A DNA stretch of 61,713 nucleotides, filler included, from Globobulimina sp. (Eukaryota), in NCBI GenBank assembly GCA_003354225.1. It is 13 parts of 13 records of this genome, joined end to end, with 100 filler letters (N's around TTAATTAATTAA, not from the genome) between each part and the next. Parts side by side here need not be neighbours in the genome. Positions count along the whole stretch, not along the records: positions 33,311 to 37,964 come from PIVH01001028.1; positions 38,065 to 42,717 come from PIVH01001029.1; positions 42,818 to 47,469 come from PIVH01001030.1; 10 more parts are not named here. One strand, 5' to 3'. Both the position numbers and the translations under genes were made by a program. The notes beneath the pieces were generated by a model that saw nothing but the letters and a program-made list of their open reading frames with translations, ran no database searches and had not been told where the DNA came from. Positions 34,122 to 45,652 of this stretch are shown here, one piece after another (within the stretch, counting starts at the first letter, position 1; every line of letters begins with the position of its first letter).

Positions 34122-37110
34122 TCACCAGATATATAGTAGAAATACAGATTTTATATGCTGCTTCAACTCTTTTCTATTTCCTCTCAACACATCAAAGATA
34201 GCGCCAGATAACTCATCATATTCCTGATTGATTGATACACGAATAATTAACGGCGGATAAATCTTTTCAACACAAATCCGTTGCTGTTGAATGGCTGTTG
34301 CTTCAGATATCGCCTTGCCAGTTTTTCGTCGTTGATATCTATGTTTGCATAACAATGGATTCAATGCATCCTGTGGGTATGGTAACTTTTGCACGAGAAA
34401 ATGCCTAGAAATATGAAGTAGATATATTAAATGTTTTTGAATTCCATCTAATTCCTGCTTGAATAACAAATATCGATATTGTTAACATCACACAAAAACA
34501 GCGGGGTAACAAAGCAAATAAAGTGGCAATATCCACTGAGCCACGCACTGAAATATACAACATTTGCAAAATAATTTGCGGAATATTTTGCAATACGGTA
34601 TTAAACAATATTTTCCATCGAGTTATTTCCATTTGAATGCGAAATAATGGCAAACCCATTTCAAATACGGATAATCCAAATAACTGACAATTACATACAG
34701 AAATCGCATTGGATGCTTTGCCAGAAATTATTGCCAATATTGTCAAAAATAATACATATTTTCTTAACCAAATTGCTAAATTTGAATCTTGTTTGAATTT
34801 ACGAATCAAACTGAATAAATACACTAAATTCAATAGCCAGGATATAATATTGATGGCAATGGATGTATAAAAGTAATATTTATATTCATCAGAATTAATA
34901 CTAAATGCCCAATTCCAGTCAGATAAAAAATCCCAGACAGCCAAAGCCAATGCAATCAATGCGAATGGCCTGCAGTCGTCAGAAGGCTTCAAACATTTCA
35001 TAAAAAACGCTTTATCTGCATTTTCTCTATGAATTAAACCAAAAATTGCCATAAAAATGAGCAAACCGGCGATAATCCCAACCGCTGCGATTGTGTATAT
35101 AGAAGATTCCAATAATTGTTGCACAAATGACTTCTGTGAATCTGAATGTGAACTTGGCTTATTGGTCGGAGCAGAAGTGACTGGAAATGCTGTCTGTGAA
35201 TAAGTGGGAGGCAATGAAGGCCTGTGCGTTGTGGGTGGCATAGTTGGCAATGTTGTAGGGCTGAATGACGGTGGTTTACTTGGTGAAGGTGTTGGTGGTG
35301 CTTTTAACCAGGAAGTACATTCAAACACAGGATCAACATCTTGACATCTTGAGCCATCCCCCAATGTTAATTGGAATGGATCGCATCCTGGTAATTGATA
35401 TGGATCATAGGTGTTATCAAAGCACTTAATATTCCAATCCGCAGGGATATAAAGATAGGAACCTGTCTGAGCAAAAAGGTAAGATTCGCTACAGCCATAA
35501 CCGTGGTTGCAATCGAGAGTGAAAGATGACGGCTCTCCAATATATAAATGAAAAAATAAATAAATGGATACATCACTGCTCAAATAATCATACCCGGCAT
35601 CAGTTTCAAGTGATATCATATATACAAAATCAGCATTTTCCAAATGAAACGTGTTATATCTCGTATTTTGTAGGAAAAATGAATGAAATACGAGTCCACT
35701 GTACCAGTTAATATATTCCATTCGACCGCCGACCACAACTAAGCTCGTTGAATAGGACGCATTAAATGTAATTTCTGCTGATTGCTGTCCACTGCACGGA
35801 CCGTCCCAAGCTCCCAAACCCACGCCATTGCAGAGTAGAAACACATTACTTTTGGGCGGGAGCTGCAAAATAGAAATCGGTTCTGTCTCGCCAGGCAAAT
35901 ATGTATCACCCATTATTATTACTGCTGTTTTATTATTCATCAACCGGTCTCCATAAACATCCAAATATTGCTGCCTATGGCTATTATATCTGTGCGCATT
36001 GAAAACGAGTACATTCTGCAAGGAAATTGCAGCCGACAATTTGTCAGTAATTTTTTCATCATAAATGGATGGGCAATTGCTTGAATATGACCCTACAAAA
36101 ATGTTATCAGCATTATCTAATATACGAAAATATGGTCCACAATAAATTCGCAAAGTACCTTTTTATTTTTTGAAAGCATGCAAATTGGAAGGTGCAGTAC
36201 ACAGTGTTTTATAAAAACACACCTGTTGTTAATGCGTAACATTGATTGATGGCATATTTGGTGGAATTGATACAATCAAACGTTTTCCCGAACAGTCCAT
36301 TAAGAAAATACAGAAACATATGCCAATTTGCACCAATTCCATATGGTGTGGATTGGAATAAGAAACTGTGGTTACCATTGTTGTGTATTGGGGGATAAAT
36401 TGTCATATCAGAGTCACAACCACTACATTTTAATTGCAATTGATAAATATTGAGCGCAGATATAAAATTGCCTTTATTGCCATCGCTATAAATACACATT
36501 TCACATTCATGCATAACTATGCCGTCAGTTGGCTCGATCAACGAAACATTATTTTGAAGGCTGGAATAATAAAATTTAGACCCTGGATTTTGTGTTTTTT
36601 GGTCGAATAACATAAATTACATTGTGTATAAGATACGTATACGGAATTACATGCCTTGACATGGGGAACAATGCACTTTAGCTATCTGCGGACTGTCATG
36701 GTAGCTGCCAAATAATATATGAACATCAATGTTATTATTATAATATATGTAATAATCAGTGGTTTGATTCATGTCAATATGGATCGAAGAAGTTCTGTTT
36801 CCAAAAATCTGTGCGTTGTTGCAAGCTCCAATACCATCACAAAGTAAGGTCACGTTGTATTTGCCATCAGTGACAGACCAATCATTCTCAAACACAAAAT
36901 AAAGACCTTTGCATGAGAGCTTATTTGAACAATGTATGAGGCAATCATCATATCGACCGCATGTGATATCAGTTGTTGGATTTGTATAGTTCTCCAACGA
37001 AACTGTTTGTGGGTTGTGTGTGTATGATGTTGAGGAATAAGACAGTTATAACTTGTTGCTTGTAACATAAGAATGATAAGATATATTTTGAATTTGTGGA
37101 GTGTTGCCAT
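34122..37110 (-). CDS. Multi-exon Cys-rich ectodomain + PT stalk + XK-like multi-TM core; cytoplasmic tail in a different frame
   Basis: Signal peptide at 37110; exons in ORFs 36647-36997, 36209-36613 and 34405-36153; motifs WDFLSD and QNIPQIILQ. The tail (34122-34400) needs an intron or a frameshift near 34405. Confidence 0.7.
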
Positions 37111-37145
37111 GATTTGTGTAGATTAAAAAACAAAGTAAGAATTCA

Positions 37146-37964
37146 ATGTCAACTTCCAAACTCATCAAAACAAATGTTACGCGATTGATTGTATCGCAGG
37201 GAATGATGAATGAACAAGATGCGATCTCATTGATTCGCCAAGGAAGAATACGAATAAATAATCGCATATATTTTGATCCAAAGCATGGATGTTCATTAAA
37301 AACAGGAACTTCCTTTAAAATTGATAAACAAAAATTTTATTACTATCCATATCTTTATTTATTATACAACAAACCTCAACATATCGTATGCTCATTGAAT
37401 TCTGCAGATTCATCAAAATGTCTTCCAATCTGTTTTTTAAATCGAAACCCATTGCAATTACAACCATTAATGTCATTACCCTCAAACATGAGTGGATTGA
37501 CAATTTATACGGACGATCCATTGCTAATATCACATATTCAGAAAAATAAAAATTTAAAAAATGTGTTTGAAGTACAATTTATGCATAAAATAAAGGATAT
37601 CGATAATGAGAATAATAATTATAATGAGAATAATCTGCATTTTACAGATTGGAATGCATTAAATTCCTCAGCATTTATGAATAAATTATTATACGATGGC
37701 ATTGAGATTCACGCTACAAAAAACAAGAAAAGATTTAAAAATGTAAACATTGATAAATTTGAGTTAATAGATGATAATTTTAAAAATAATAATATTAATT
37801 ATAATGATGTGCGAGTTAGTAAGTGGATGGTGACAATGGATAAATTTCCTAAATCACTTTACAGATTGTTAAGAAGTGCATCATTGAGTCCGTATTACAT
37901 TCATAGAACATCGATCGGTGACGGAATACAGTTAAAACATAATAATAATAATAGGTTATCATTG
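37146..37964 (+). CDS. RsuA/RluB-family pseudouridine synthase homologue lacking the catalytic Asp (3' partial)
   Basis: S4-like N-terminus (LIRQGRIRIN), YNKP..VCS, SGLTIYTDD and IHRTSIG. The GRLD motif position reads MSLP. Confidence 0.8.
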
Positions 37965-38064
37965 NNNNNNNNNNNNNNNNNNNNNNNNNNNNNNNNNNNN
38001 NNNNNNNNTTAATTAATTAANNNNNNNNNNNNNNNNNNNNNNNNNNNNNNNNNNNNNNNNNNNN

Positions 38065-38945
38065 TGCGAATTTTTTAATATTTCAGTTAGTGGCAATATG
38101 TTTGATTGTCTATTTGGCATAACACGCGATATTCGCCTATTTCTTTTATGTGAGGACCATGAAATTAATGGAAACCCAATGGACATAAATATTAATCCAT
38201 ACACACTTAATATAAATATTAAACATTTTAACAATTTTAAGGTTCTTCCTTTGAACATTAATGTTATTATAATATAACTTATCATAGACAATAAAACAAT
38301 TATTAAATCCCAGCATAGTTCAATACGAATTGAAACAAAATCCCATTCGGATTGAATGCCATATATTGAATATATTATACAGCATAAGAATATTGCAAGA
38401 AATATACAAAATATTATTTCGCGAATCATTGTATTTGTAACAAAATAGAAAATTAAAAATATTATAATTGATAGGGAAACATATAAACAAATCATTAATT
38501 TCCGTAAAAATGTGGTATTACCAAAGGTGGACTTGCGTTTATCAAACCAGTTATCGTTCTTACGTTCCGTTATTGAGCCTACATTGCGTCTCCATACATC
38601 ACTTCGACCCAAATGATAATTATGATCATAATATAACATCCATGTTCTCTCCAAAAAGCATGATAGACAGATTAAGATCGTTAATGTTGACAATACTATT
38701 TCTACAATTTCTAGTTTTATATTGATCACTGATATGAGGTTAATTAATATGTAAAATGTACGATCAATACATATGTATAATAATGCAAATATTACTATGT
38801 AATATACTAAATACGGATATCGTTTTTGAAAATGTGGTTCTTTGCAATGCTTTGATATCCTCAATGTACATATTACGCATAGTGGTAAAAATAGAATAAA
38901 ATTAATACAAATTATTGTTATCGCTAATATATCAATAATATCCAT
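38065..38945 (-). CDS. 7TM protein, probably 7TM-RGS type (3' partial)
   Basis: Seven TMs, a KRYP motif after TM1 and R.WMLYY after TM3. Ends LTEILKN, like the first RGS helix. Confidence 0.65.
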
Positions 38946-39252
38946 TTATTGGTCCAATGTTATAAGGATTGTACCTAATGTAAAATTAAAACCAAATCGC
39001 TGTTCGACAATCAGAGCAAGTGAGCAACTACTAGTATGTTGTACGAGTTATTAAATACGCAAGTTTTGAGTTGTTTTCGCAGAAAAATGTGGACCTTGGA
39101 AGCCGTTTACCTAACCTGTGGCATGATGCGCCATTTTTTGCAAAAGTACGTAATTGTTTGTCGATGTTGCGCTATGTACAACAAATATTTATGAGAAACA
39201 AAAACAAAAGAAACAAAATTAAAAAAAAACACATGCAACGTACATAAAAAAA

Positions 39253-41514
39253 CTAATCACCAAAGTCGGGCTCCCTCAAGTCATCAAAATCATTATTCAA
39301 TCCATCATTTGTAATCATATTATCAAAATCAGACAATTCAACTTGTTTCATTACTTCCATATCACTTTCCTCCTCTTCATCATATATTTGTGCTTGTTGT
39401 TGCGATACAATTATACCACCCGCTTTTTCCTCCTCCTCCTCATCATCTGGATGTATTAACGGTTGTTGTTGTGGTGGTATATAAATCTCACTGATCTCAA
39501 ATTCGTCATTATCATTACTTAGACTCTGTTGCTTACTCTCATCATCATGTAAATCAAGTGATATTTCAACTTCATAGTCCATCTGTGATTTCTTCCCACG
39601 ATCAGTAACATCAACGTTAACATTTGGTATATTATCAATTGCATCCATATCATTCACTAATTTATTATTCATGGCATACTCCTCCGCATCGACCATTGCG
39701 CCAAAACCGCCAGTCCAAAAACCACCGTCTTGCTGCGACATCTGATTGTTATCGTCCTCGATATCTTTAAATAATTGTTTCTCTTCATCCATCATATTCT
39801 TATTTTTTGCTGCATTCACAATTAATTCAAATGCAAGATCGTTATCCAATGCTTCTTTATGTGCATATTCCAATGCATCCATATCATTATCGTTCGCTTG
39901 CTTATGCTCATATTCATTATCAAATACATCATCATCATTATTATTATTGTTTGCGTCAAAACCGCCAGTCCAAAAACCACCATTTTGTTGCTGCGATACC
40001 TGATTATTATCATCTGCGATATCTTTGAATAATTGTTTCTCTTCATCCATCACCACATTATTCTTATTTTTTGCTGCATTTACAACTAATTGGAATGCGA
40101 GATCATTATCCATATCATCCATATCATTATCATTCGCCTGCTTATTCTCATTATCATTATCATTCTCAAATACATCATCATCATTATTCTTCTTATTGTT
40201 TGCATCTGCAATGGGTTTCGCACGCTGGCACACTTCACAACATTTAATCAAATAATGGTTTTCAAAGGTACAGGCCTCGCATTTCCAGGTAGAATTCACA
40301 AGTTCTTCCACCACACAATCATCATAATGGATATCTAAATTCGTGGTGATTGCTTCCATGGCATTGTTTTTATTGGTTTTCTGTACTAACACACGTAGCC
40401 TATGACTATCATCGACCGTTAAACATAATAATTTTATAATTTCTTGTTTTAATATGTCATATAAGCCCGATCCGGAATTTTCTAATAAATTTAATAGCAA
40501 ATATAAATTCTCGTCATTTACGTCTGGTTTTATCTCAATGGCACATTTTATGCCATTTTGGATCTTATCAATGAATATTGTTTCGATTTGATACTCCGAT
40601 ATTTGCAACACTGTGCCCCAGGCTCTTGCGACCAATTTATGCGTGAATGACTTGCTATTATCGGTATTAAATATATCTGATTTGCATATCATTAATCTGT
40701 ATATTGTGGTTTGTGGAGCTCGAGCATTATTATCATTGTCGCCATTCTCGTCCTTTGATGGTATTAATAAATCGACCAAATTGTTGCATAAACGCGAAAC
40801 TATAATAAATATCGCAATGGCTATGGATACAAAAGAAAATATCATGGCAATTATTGCTAGACTGATATCGTTGTATTGTTTTAATGACATATAAGCCATT
40901 TGGATGATCATTGAGGGGAAGGAACCAATTAAGACATCATTGATGATGTGGATTATATGCAATTCATTTCTGCTTTTTGTTAATATTTGCATATTAAATA
41001 TATTTAAATGGAATATTTGACAGTTCATAAACTCGATGGTACCAAAGAAATTGCCGAAAAATGTGATAATTATTAGCCATTTGTCATAATTAAGTATCCA
41101 TTCTGTATTTAAGGGTTTATATTTTGCACAATATCGCCATCGAAAAATATATATAATACAAAATATATTTGATAAGATATGCGGTGTAAATAAAAATATT
41201 GCAGCATACATTGTTAATGCATGCTGGGCGACTGCTAATTCTCCAAAAAATAGGATATCTGTTAGAAAATCAAGGGTTGACACAATATACAACGTGAATG
41301 ATAGCCAATTTGCTGGGTCTGATCCTTTCATTTTTGTATGATAGACAAATGCTACGATTGTGATTGTTATTGATACGAATGTGAATAATACTATTGTTAC
41401 CCATGCGATTGTCGTGTATATTTGTAATGAAGTTTCAATACTGTCATTTTGTGATTGCACTGGAACCAAAATTGAAACCAATATTGACGAAAAAACAAAC
41501 AACAACGACATCAT
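39253..41514 (-). CDS. XK-like multi-TM protein with RanBP2-type zinc finger and duplicated acidic tail
   Basis: Signal peptide, LDFLTD, GSFPSMIIQMAY; WKCEACTFENHYLIKCCEVC is an NZF/RanBP2 finger. Confidence 0.8.
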   Translation of the reverse strand: MMSLLFVFSSILVSILVPVQSQNDSIETSLQIYTTIAWVTIVLFTFVSITITIVAFVYHTKMKGSDPANWLSFTLYIVSTLDFLTDILFFGELAVAQHALTMYAAIFLFTPHILSNIFCIIYIFRWRYCAKYKPLNTEWILNYDKWLIIITFFGNFFGTIEFMNCQIFHLNIFNMQILTKSRNELHIIHIINDVLIGSFPSMIIQMAYMSLKQYNDISLAIIAMIFSFVSIAIAIFIIVSRLCNNLVDLLIPSKDENGDNDNNARAPQTTIYRLMICKSDIFNTDNSKSFTHKLVARAWGTVLQISEYQIETIFIDKIQNGIKCAIEIKPDVNDENLYLLLNLLENSGSGLYDILKQEIIKLLCLTVDDSHRLRVLVQKTNKNNAMEAITTNLDIHYDDCVVEELVNSTWKCEACTFENHYLIKCCEVCQRAKPIADANNKKNNDDDVFENDNDNENKQANDNDMDDMDNDLAFQLVVNAAKNKNNVVMDEEKQLFKDIADDNNQVSQQQNGGFWTGGFDANNNNNDDDVFDNEYEHKQANDNDMDALEYAHKEALDNDLAFELIVNAAKNKNMMDEEKQLFKDIEDDNNQMSQQDGGFWTGGFGAMVDAEEYAMNNKLVNDMDAIDNIPNVNVDVTDRGKKSQMDYEVEISLDLHDDESKQQSLSNDNDEFEISEIYIPPQQQPLIHPDDEEEEEKAGGIIVSQQQAQIYDEEEESDMEVMKQVELSDFDNMITNDGLNNDFDDLREPDFGD
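39698..40195 (-). repeat. Two tandem ~80-aa internal repeats
   Basis: DDDVF..KQANDNDMD..DNDLAF.L.VNAAKNKN..MDEEKQLFKDI.DDNNQ..GGFWTGGF occurs twice. Confidence 0.92.
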
Positions 41515-41573
41515 AACTTGAGGAGTTCGAATGAAACATTAATTTAAAAAACTTTTTAAGTATCTTTTATATC

Positions 41574-42717
41574 ATGGCATATTTTAATTGTTGTTCATCA
41601 GATAACAAAATGTGTTGCTGTTGTTCCAGGCAGAACCAAAAGGAAAAGGTGAATTCAAATCGTAGCCAGTCAATGGACTATATTCATAGCGTACGCCGAA
41701 AGAAGTCGTATCGAGATATACAAAGTATAGATGAATTAATGGATATTACCCTGTCACAAAAAAGAGTGAATATGTTCGTGCCAGTTCCAGAAGACATAGA
41801 ATTTGATTCATGTGTTGATTATGTAAACGTATCAACAATAATCCATCCATTCAGTATGTTTCGATTCTTTTGGGACTCCTTTATTATGATCGTTCTCGTT
41901 TTCACATGTTTTGAAATCCCATTAACACTCTCATTTCGTATAGAAACCAGCAATTTATATTCATCATACGGTGTATTTGTGTTACTGATCGATATAGTTT
42001 TATGCACGGACATCATCTTTAATTTCCGCACTGGTTATTACCATCGCTATGACGAATTAAAATTAGTATCTGACCCTAAAAAAATCGCAAAGAAATATTT
42101 TAAACATTGGTTTTTTATTGATTTCATCACGTCCTTTCCCATTGAATTTATGCTACCTTCCCAACTTGAATTGGGTAATGCTCCCGCAATATTAAGAGCG
42201 TTTAGAATTGTTCGTTTAGTGCGTCTATTTAAATTGGTTCGTTTTTTCAGGATGCTCAAATTAGTAAATACGTTTTTGCGGTATGTTGAATGTTTTTGCT
42301 GTAAACACTTCACTTAAAACCTTGCACGCTCAGAGAATTTATGGGATCTCGCTCATCTTTAATAATACGGCTGTTGCGTTTGGTTGCTTATATGATTTTG
42401 GCTGCTCACTTTGCTGCATGTTTGTGGTATTATGTTGGTCTCATTCACTACGATGATCCTGACGGATCATGGTTGGTGGTCCAAAATGTCGACATTGACA
42501 ATAAATTTGATGCCTATCTGACAAGTATTTATTGGAGCATTGTCACATTATTTACCACAGGATACGGTATTTTAATATATGTGTTGGTTGCTATAGGTGT
42601 GATATATACTAATTATATAAACAGGGGGCATTATTCCATCAAATAAGGACGAGAAGTTGGTGGCTGCCGCAGTGATCTTGTTAGGAACCTGTTTTTTTGC
42701 CTATTTAGTTGGGGCTG
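41574..42717 (+). CDS. Voltage-gated K+ channel of the cyclic-nucleotide-binding-domain (KCNH/HCN/CNG-like) superfamily (3' partial)
   Basis: IIHPFSMFRFFWD, NFRTGY, WFFIDFITSFP, Arg-rich S4, HFAACLW and pore YWSIVTLFTTGYG. Introns 42281-42333 and 42567-42624. Confidence 0.93.
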
Positions 42718-42864
42718 NNNNNNNNNNNNNNNNNNNNNNNNNNNNNNNNNNNNNNNNNNNNTTAATTAATTAANNNNNNNNNNNNNNNNNNNNNNNNNNN
42801 NNNNNNNNNNNNNNNNNATGTATGTCTACATTCTATGTCTACATTATCCTTTGAATAATATATC

Positions 42865-43620
42865 GAATACAGGAAAGAGTATCAAAGGATAAAGTTATGG
42901 GAAATAATGTACACATCACTCCCATCGGTAATGCTTCAAATATTTATTGTTTTAACAGCCAATCAATACTCAGTTGAAATCATGCAATCCATTGTCGTGA
43001 CATTAATATCAGTGTCATACGAAATAATATTGTATTTTATAAAGATTATATCCAAACCAGCATTATCATTGCAACAATGCAATATTAAGCAGCGATATGT
43101 ACATATTTTGGGAAATAAAAAGTTTTATCTTTCATTATATTTATATATGTTATCCGATTTTTATGTTCGTTGTATGCCATTTATATATACTATGATTTAT
43201 ATAGACAAAGAATTTTTCGTCGCATATGAAATACTATTTTTCTTGTCATATGTCAGTTTGCTTGGAGTTGTGGAGTATGTTTGGAATAGATCTATGCGCA
43301 CTGAATCATTTAAATCATATCAAACAGTTTTAACAGTATTTTGTATATCTATTTATTCCTCATTTTTCAATGTTTTATGCTGTGTTGATGAACTACGAAC
43401 AAATCAATGGTTTGCAAAATCAGTAATATTTAGTAAATTTGTAAAGGAGCATTATTTTAGATGTATATTATCAACAATGTTAATGGCGTCTTCGTTGGGT
43501 TTGATGGTATGGTATGATGAAGAACTAGAATACCTTACAAATGATATTCTTATTGGTGTGCTATATGCGGTATTGCTGATAATCAACCTTTTTGTGTTGA
43601 ATATTATCTCAAACAATTAA
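42865..43620 (+). CDS. XK-related membrane protein, C-terminal part (5' partial)
   Basis: KLWEIMYTSLPSVMLQ matches the XK E..E..PQ..LQ motif; several further TMs follow. Confidence 0.6.
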   Translation, partial: EYRKEYQRIKLWEIMYTSLPSVMLQIFIVLTANQYSVEIMQSIVVTLISVSYEIILYFIKIISKPALSLQQCNIKQRYVHILGNKKFYLSLYLYMLSDFYVRCMPFIYTMIYIDKEFFVAYEILFFLSYVSLLGVVEYVWNRSMRTESFKSYQTVLTVFCISIYSSFFNVLCCVDELRTNQWFAKSVIFSKFVKEHYFRCILSTMLMASSLGLMVWYDEELEYLTNDILIGVLYAVLLIINLFVLNIISNN

Positions 43621-43900
43621 ATATGTGGTTGTATATACCACAATCCGTCTCATTTGATTGTGTGTTGGTTGGAGTGCATTGTTCTACAGAACCAAAATGT
43701 ATACAGAATGACAGTAGTTTGTTTTATTTTTCGAATTAACAATTTCACGCAACATTTTCATACTTCAACGATGAGTTTTGATACATAAACGCCCCAATGC
43801 AAATTTTCTTTGACCAGAGGGTGGGTTATCTAAAACTCATCGTTCAAACTTTCAACTTCAGTTCTTACAATTTCTTGCATTTTTATTACATTGCAATAGA

Positions 43901-45514
43901 ATGCCTCGCAAAAAGAATCCCTATGCAACTCCATATGTTAAACCTGATTACCATTCACAAAATACGGAAGGCAAAAATGATGAAGACATGGATGGTGTAC
44001 AAAAAAAGAAAATTAAATTGCGATCATCATTAGACATTTATAATCGATTAATTCATGATAAAACATTAAATATTGAGTTAGCAAATGTATTTATTCGATA
44101 TCGTGATAATGTATTAGGCGATCAAGAAATATGTATTTTAGATTGGCGTATGATTGATAAAGGTGGTGATATTCCAATGCATCACATTTTATATTTTATT
44201 CTTATTTTAAACAATGGAAATAAATTGATGTTATGGGATAGAAAAAGGAAATTAGATCGTTTATATGGCTCTGGATTTACAGTCAAGAAACAAAAATTAA
44301 ATGTAATTTTAAATTCTACCAAAATTAAAAATATTAAATCACAAAAAAAAAAGAAATCACAATTCAAAAAAAAAACTTTTGAAAAACACTTAGAAACAAA
44401 AACAAATGAAAACGAAAACGATTTCAAAAGTAATTATAATACGCATAAAATCCCAAAACAAATTGAGCAAACCGATGAGATGATAATTAAATATTTCCCC
44501 CGCTATCCCGCCACTGACGATGGCTTTGTTGAATCATTTGACATTAACAACACCCAAAAATGGTTAAAATATTTAGATTATTATGGATTGGTTGTATTGA
44601 AAGTGTTATCACAGAATGAAGCAAATCAAACAATCAATGGCATGTTTGACGAATTATACGCTCGAACATTAACATTAAATGGCACAAACTCAGCACAGCA
44701 GCAGAAAATTTATAAAGTGGATATAAATAATCCATATACCTGGAATGCACACAATTGGCCAAAGCCGAGGAGTAAATTTTTAACTGATCGGCCAGCATTT
44801 GCTAAACAAGCATTTGTCAACAGATGTTGCCGCAAAATGTATTTTATTTTTAAAACAATTTATAACGATTCAAAATTGAATGTAAGCATTGATAATTGGG
44901 GAATACAGAGAGGCACAAAAGATTTAACATTTGTGGATCCAGAAACTGGTCAGAAACTTTTGAACGGTCACAACAATGAACAGAAACAATGGAGAAAAAA
45001 TTTATGCGCGCACTGGGATATTAATCCGTGGACTTATATGCATTGGTTATTGTGTGGACATTACAAATATATATATCAAGGCGCATTGGCTTTGTCTGAA
45101 CAGAGGTTGCAGGATGGCACACATTTGACATTGCCAGGCGGCATGAATTATTTAGCAAAGTGGTGTGAATTAAATAAAGCGGAGAATCAGAACCCATATC
45201 GACATAATTTGGATAGGAATAGTCATTTATTAAAATATATGCAACCGATACCTCTAAGAAAGGGCGAGATGGTGATATGGAATTATGGGCAATGTCATGC
45301 AAATACAAAGAATTTCAGTAAGAGAATGAGAGTAAGTCAATATATTCGAATGTTTCCAGCGCAACAAAAATATATTAAGAGAGATCATTATTCCGCACAA
45401 ACCATTTTACGAAAATATAAACGTGATATTGATATTGAAAATATTTTAACTGATAATGATAATGAGGCTGTTGACGAACTGACACTGAAATTGCTTGGAC
45501 TTAAACAATGGTAA
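43901..45514 (+). CDS. MJ1316 (DUF504) RNA-end-recognition domain fused to a PhyH-family 2OG-Fe(II) dioxygenase
   Basis: N-terminal LRSSLDIYNRLIHD..Y.D..DIPMHHILYF..LWDRKRKLD..GSG. C-terminal HWD, YQGALAL, GEMVIWN..CHAN and R..QYI. Confidence 0.8.
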   Translation: MPRKKNPYATPYVKPDYHSQNTEGKNDEDMDGVQKKKIKLRSSLDIYNRLIHDKTLNIELANVFIRYRDNVLGDQEICILDWRMIDKGGDIPMHHILYFILILNNGNKLMLWDRKRKLDRLYGSGFTVKKQKLNVILNSTKIKNIKSQKKKKSQFKKKTFEKHLETKTNENENDFKSNYNTHKIPKQIEQTDEMIIKYFPRYPATDDGFVESFDINNTQKWLKYLDYYGLVVLKVLSQNEANQTINGMFDELYARTLTLNGTNSAQQQKIYKVDINNPYTWNAHNWPKPRSKFLTDRPAFAKQAFVNRCCRKMYFIFKTIYNDSKLNVSIDNWGIQRGTKDLTFVDPETGQKLLNGHNNEQKQWRKNLCAHWDINPWTYMHWLLCGHYKYIYQGALALSEQRLQDGTHLTLPGGMNYLAKWCELNKAENQNPYRHNLDRNSHLLKYMQPIPLRKGEMVIWNYGQCHANTKNFSKRMRVSQYIRMFPAQQKYIKRDHYSAQTILRKYKRDIDIENILTDNDNEAVDELTLKLLGLKQW

Positions 45515-45652
45515 TATACTTCATCTGTTTTTTGCTCTGTCTCACGACTGTCTGTCATCGTGATTCACGAACTTCTCTATGATTTGTTTTTAATCTAAGC
45601 TCAAAAAAAAAACCCTTTGAATTAAGTCATAAATATAATGCCAAAGTAAAAT

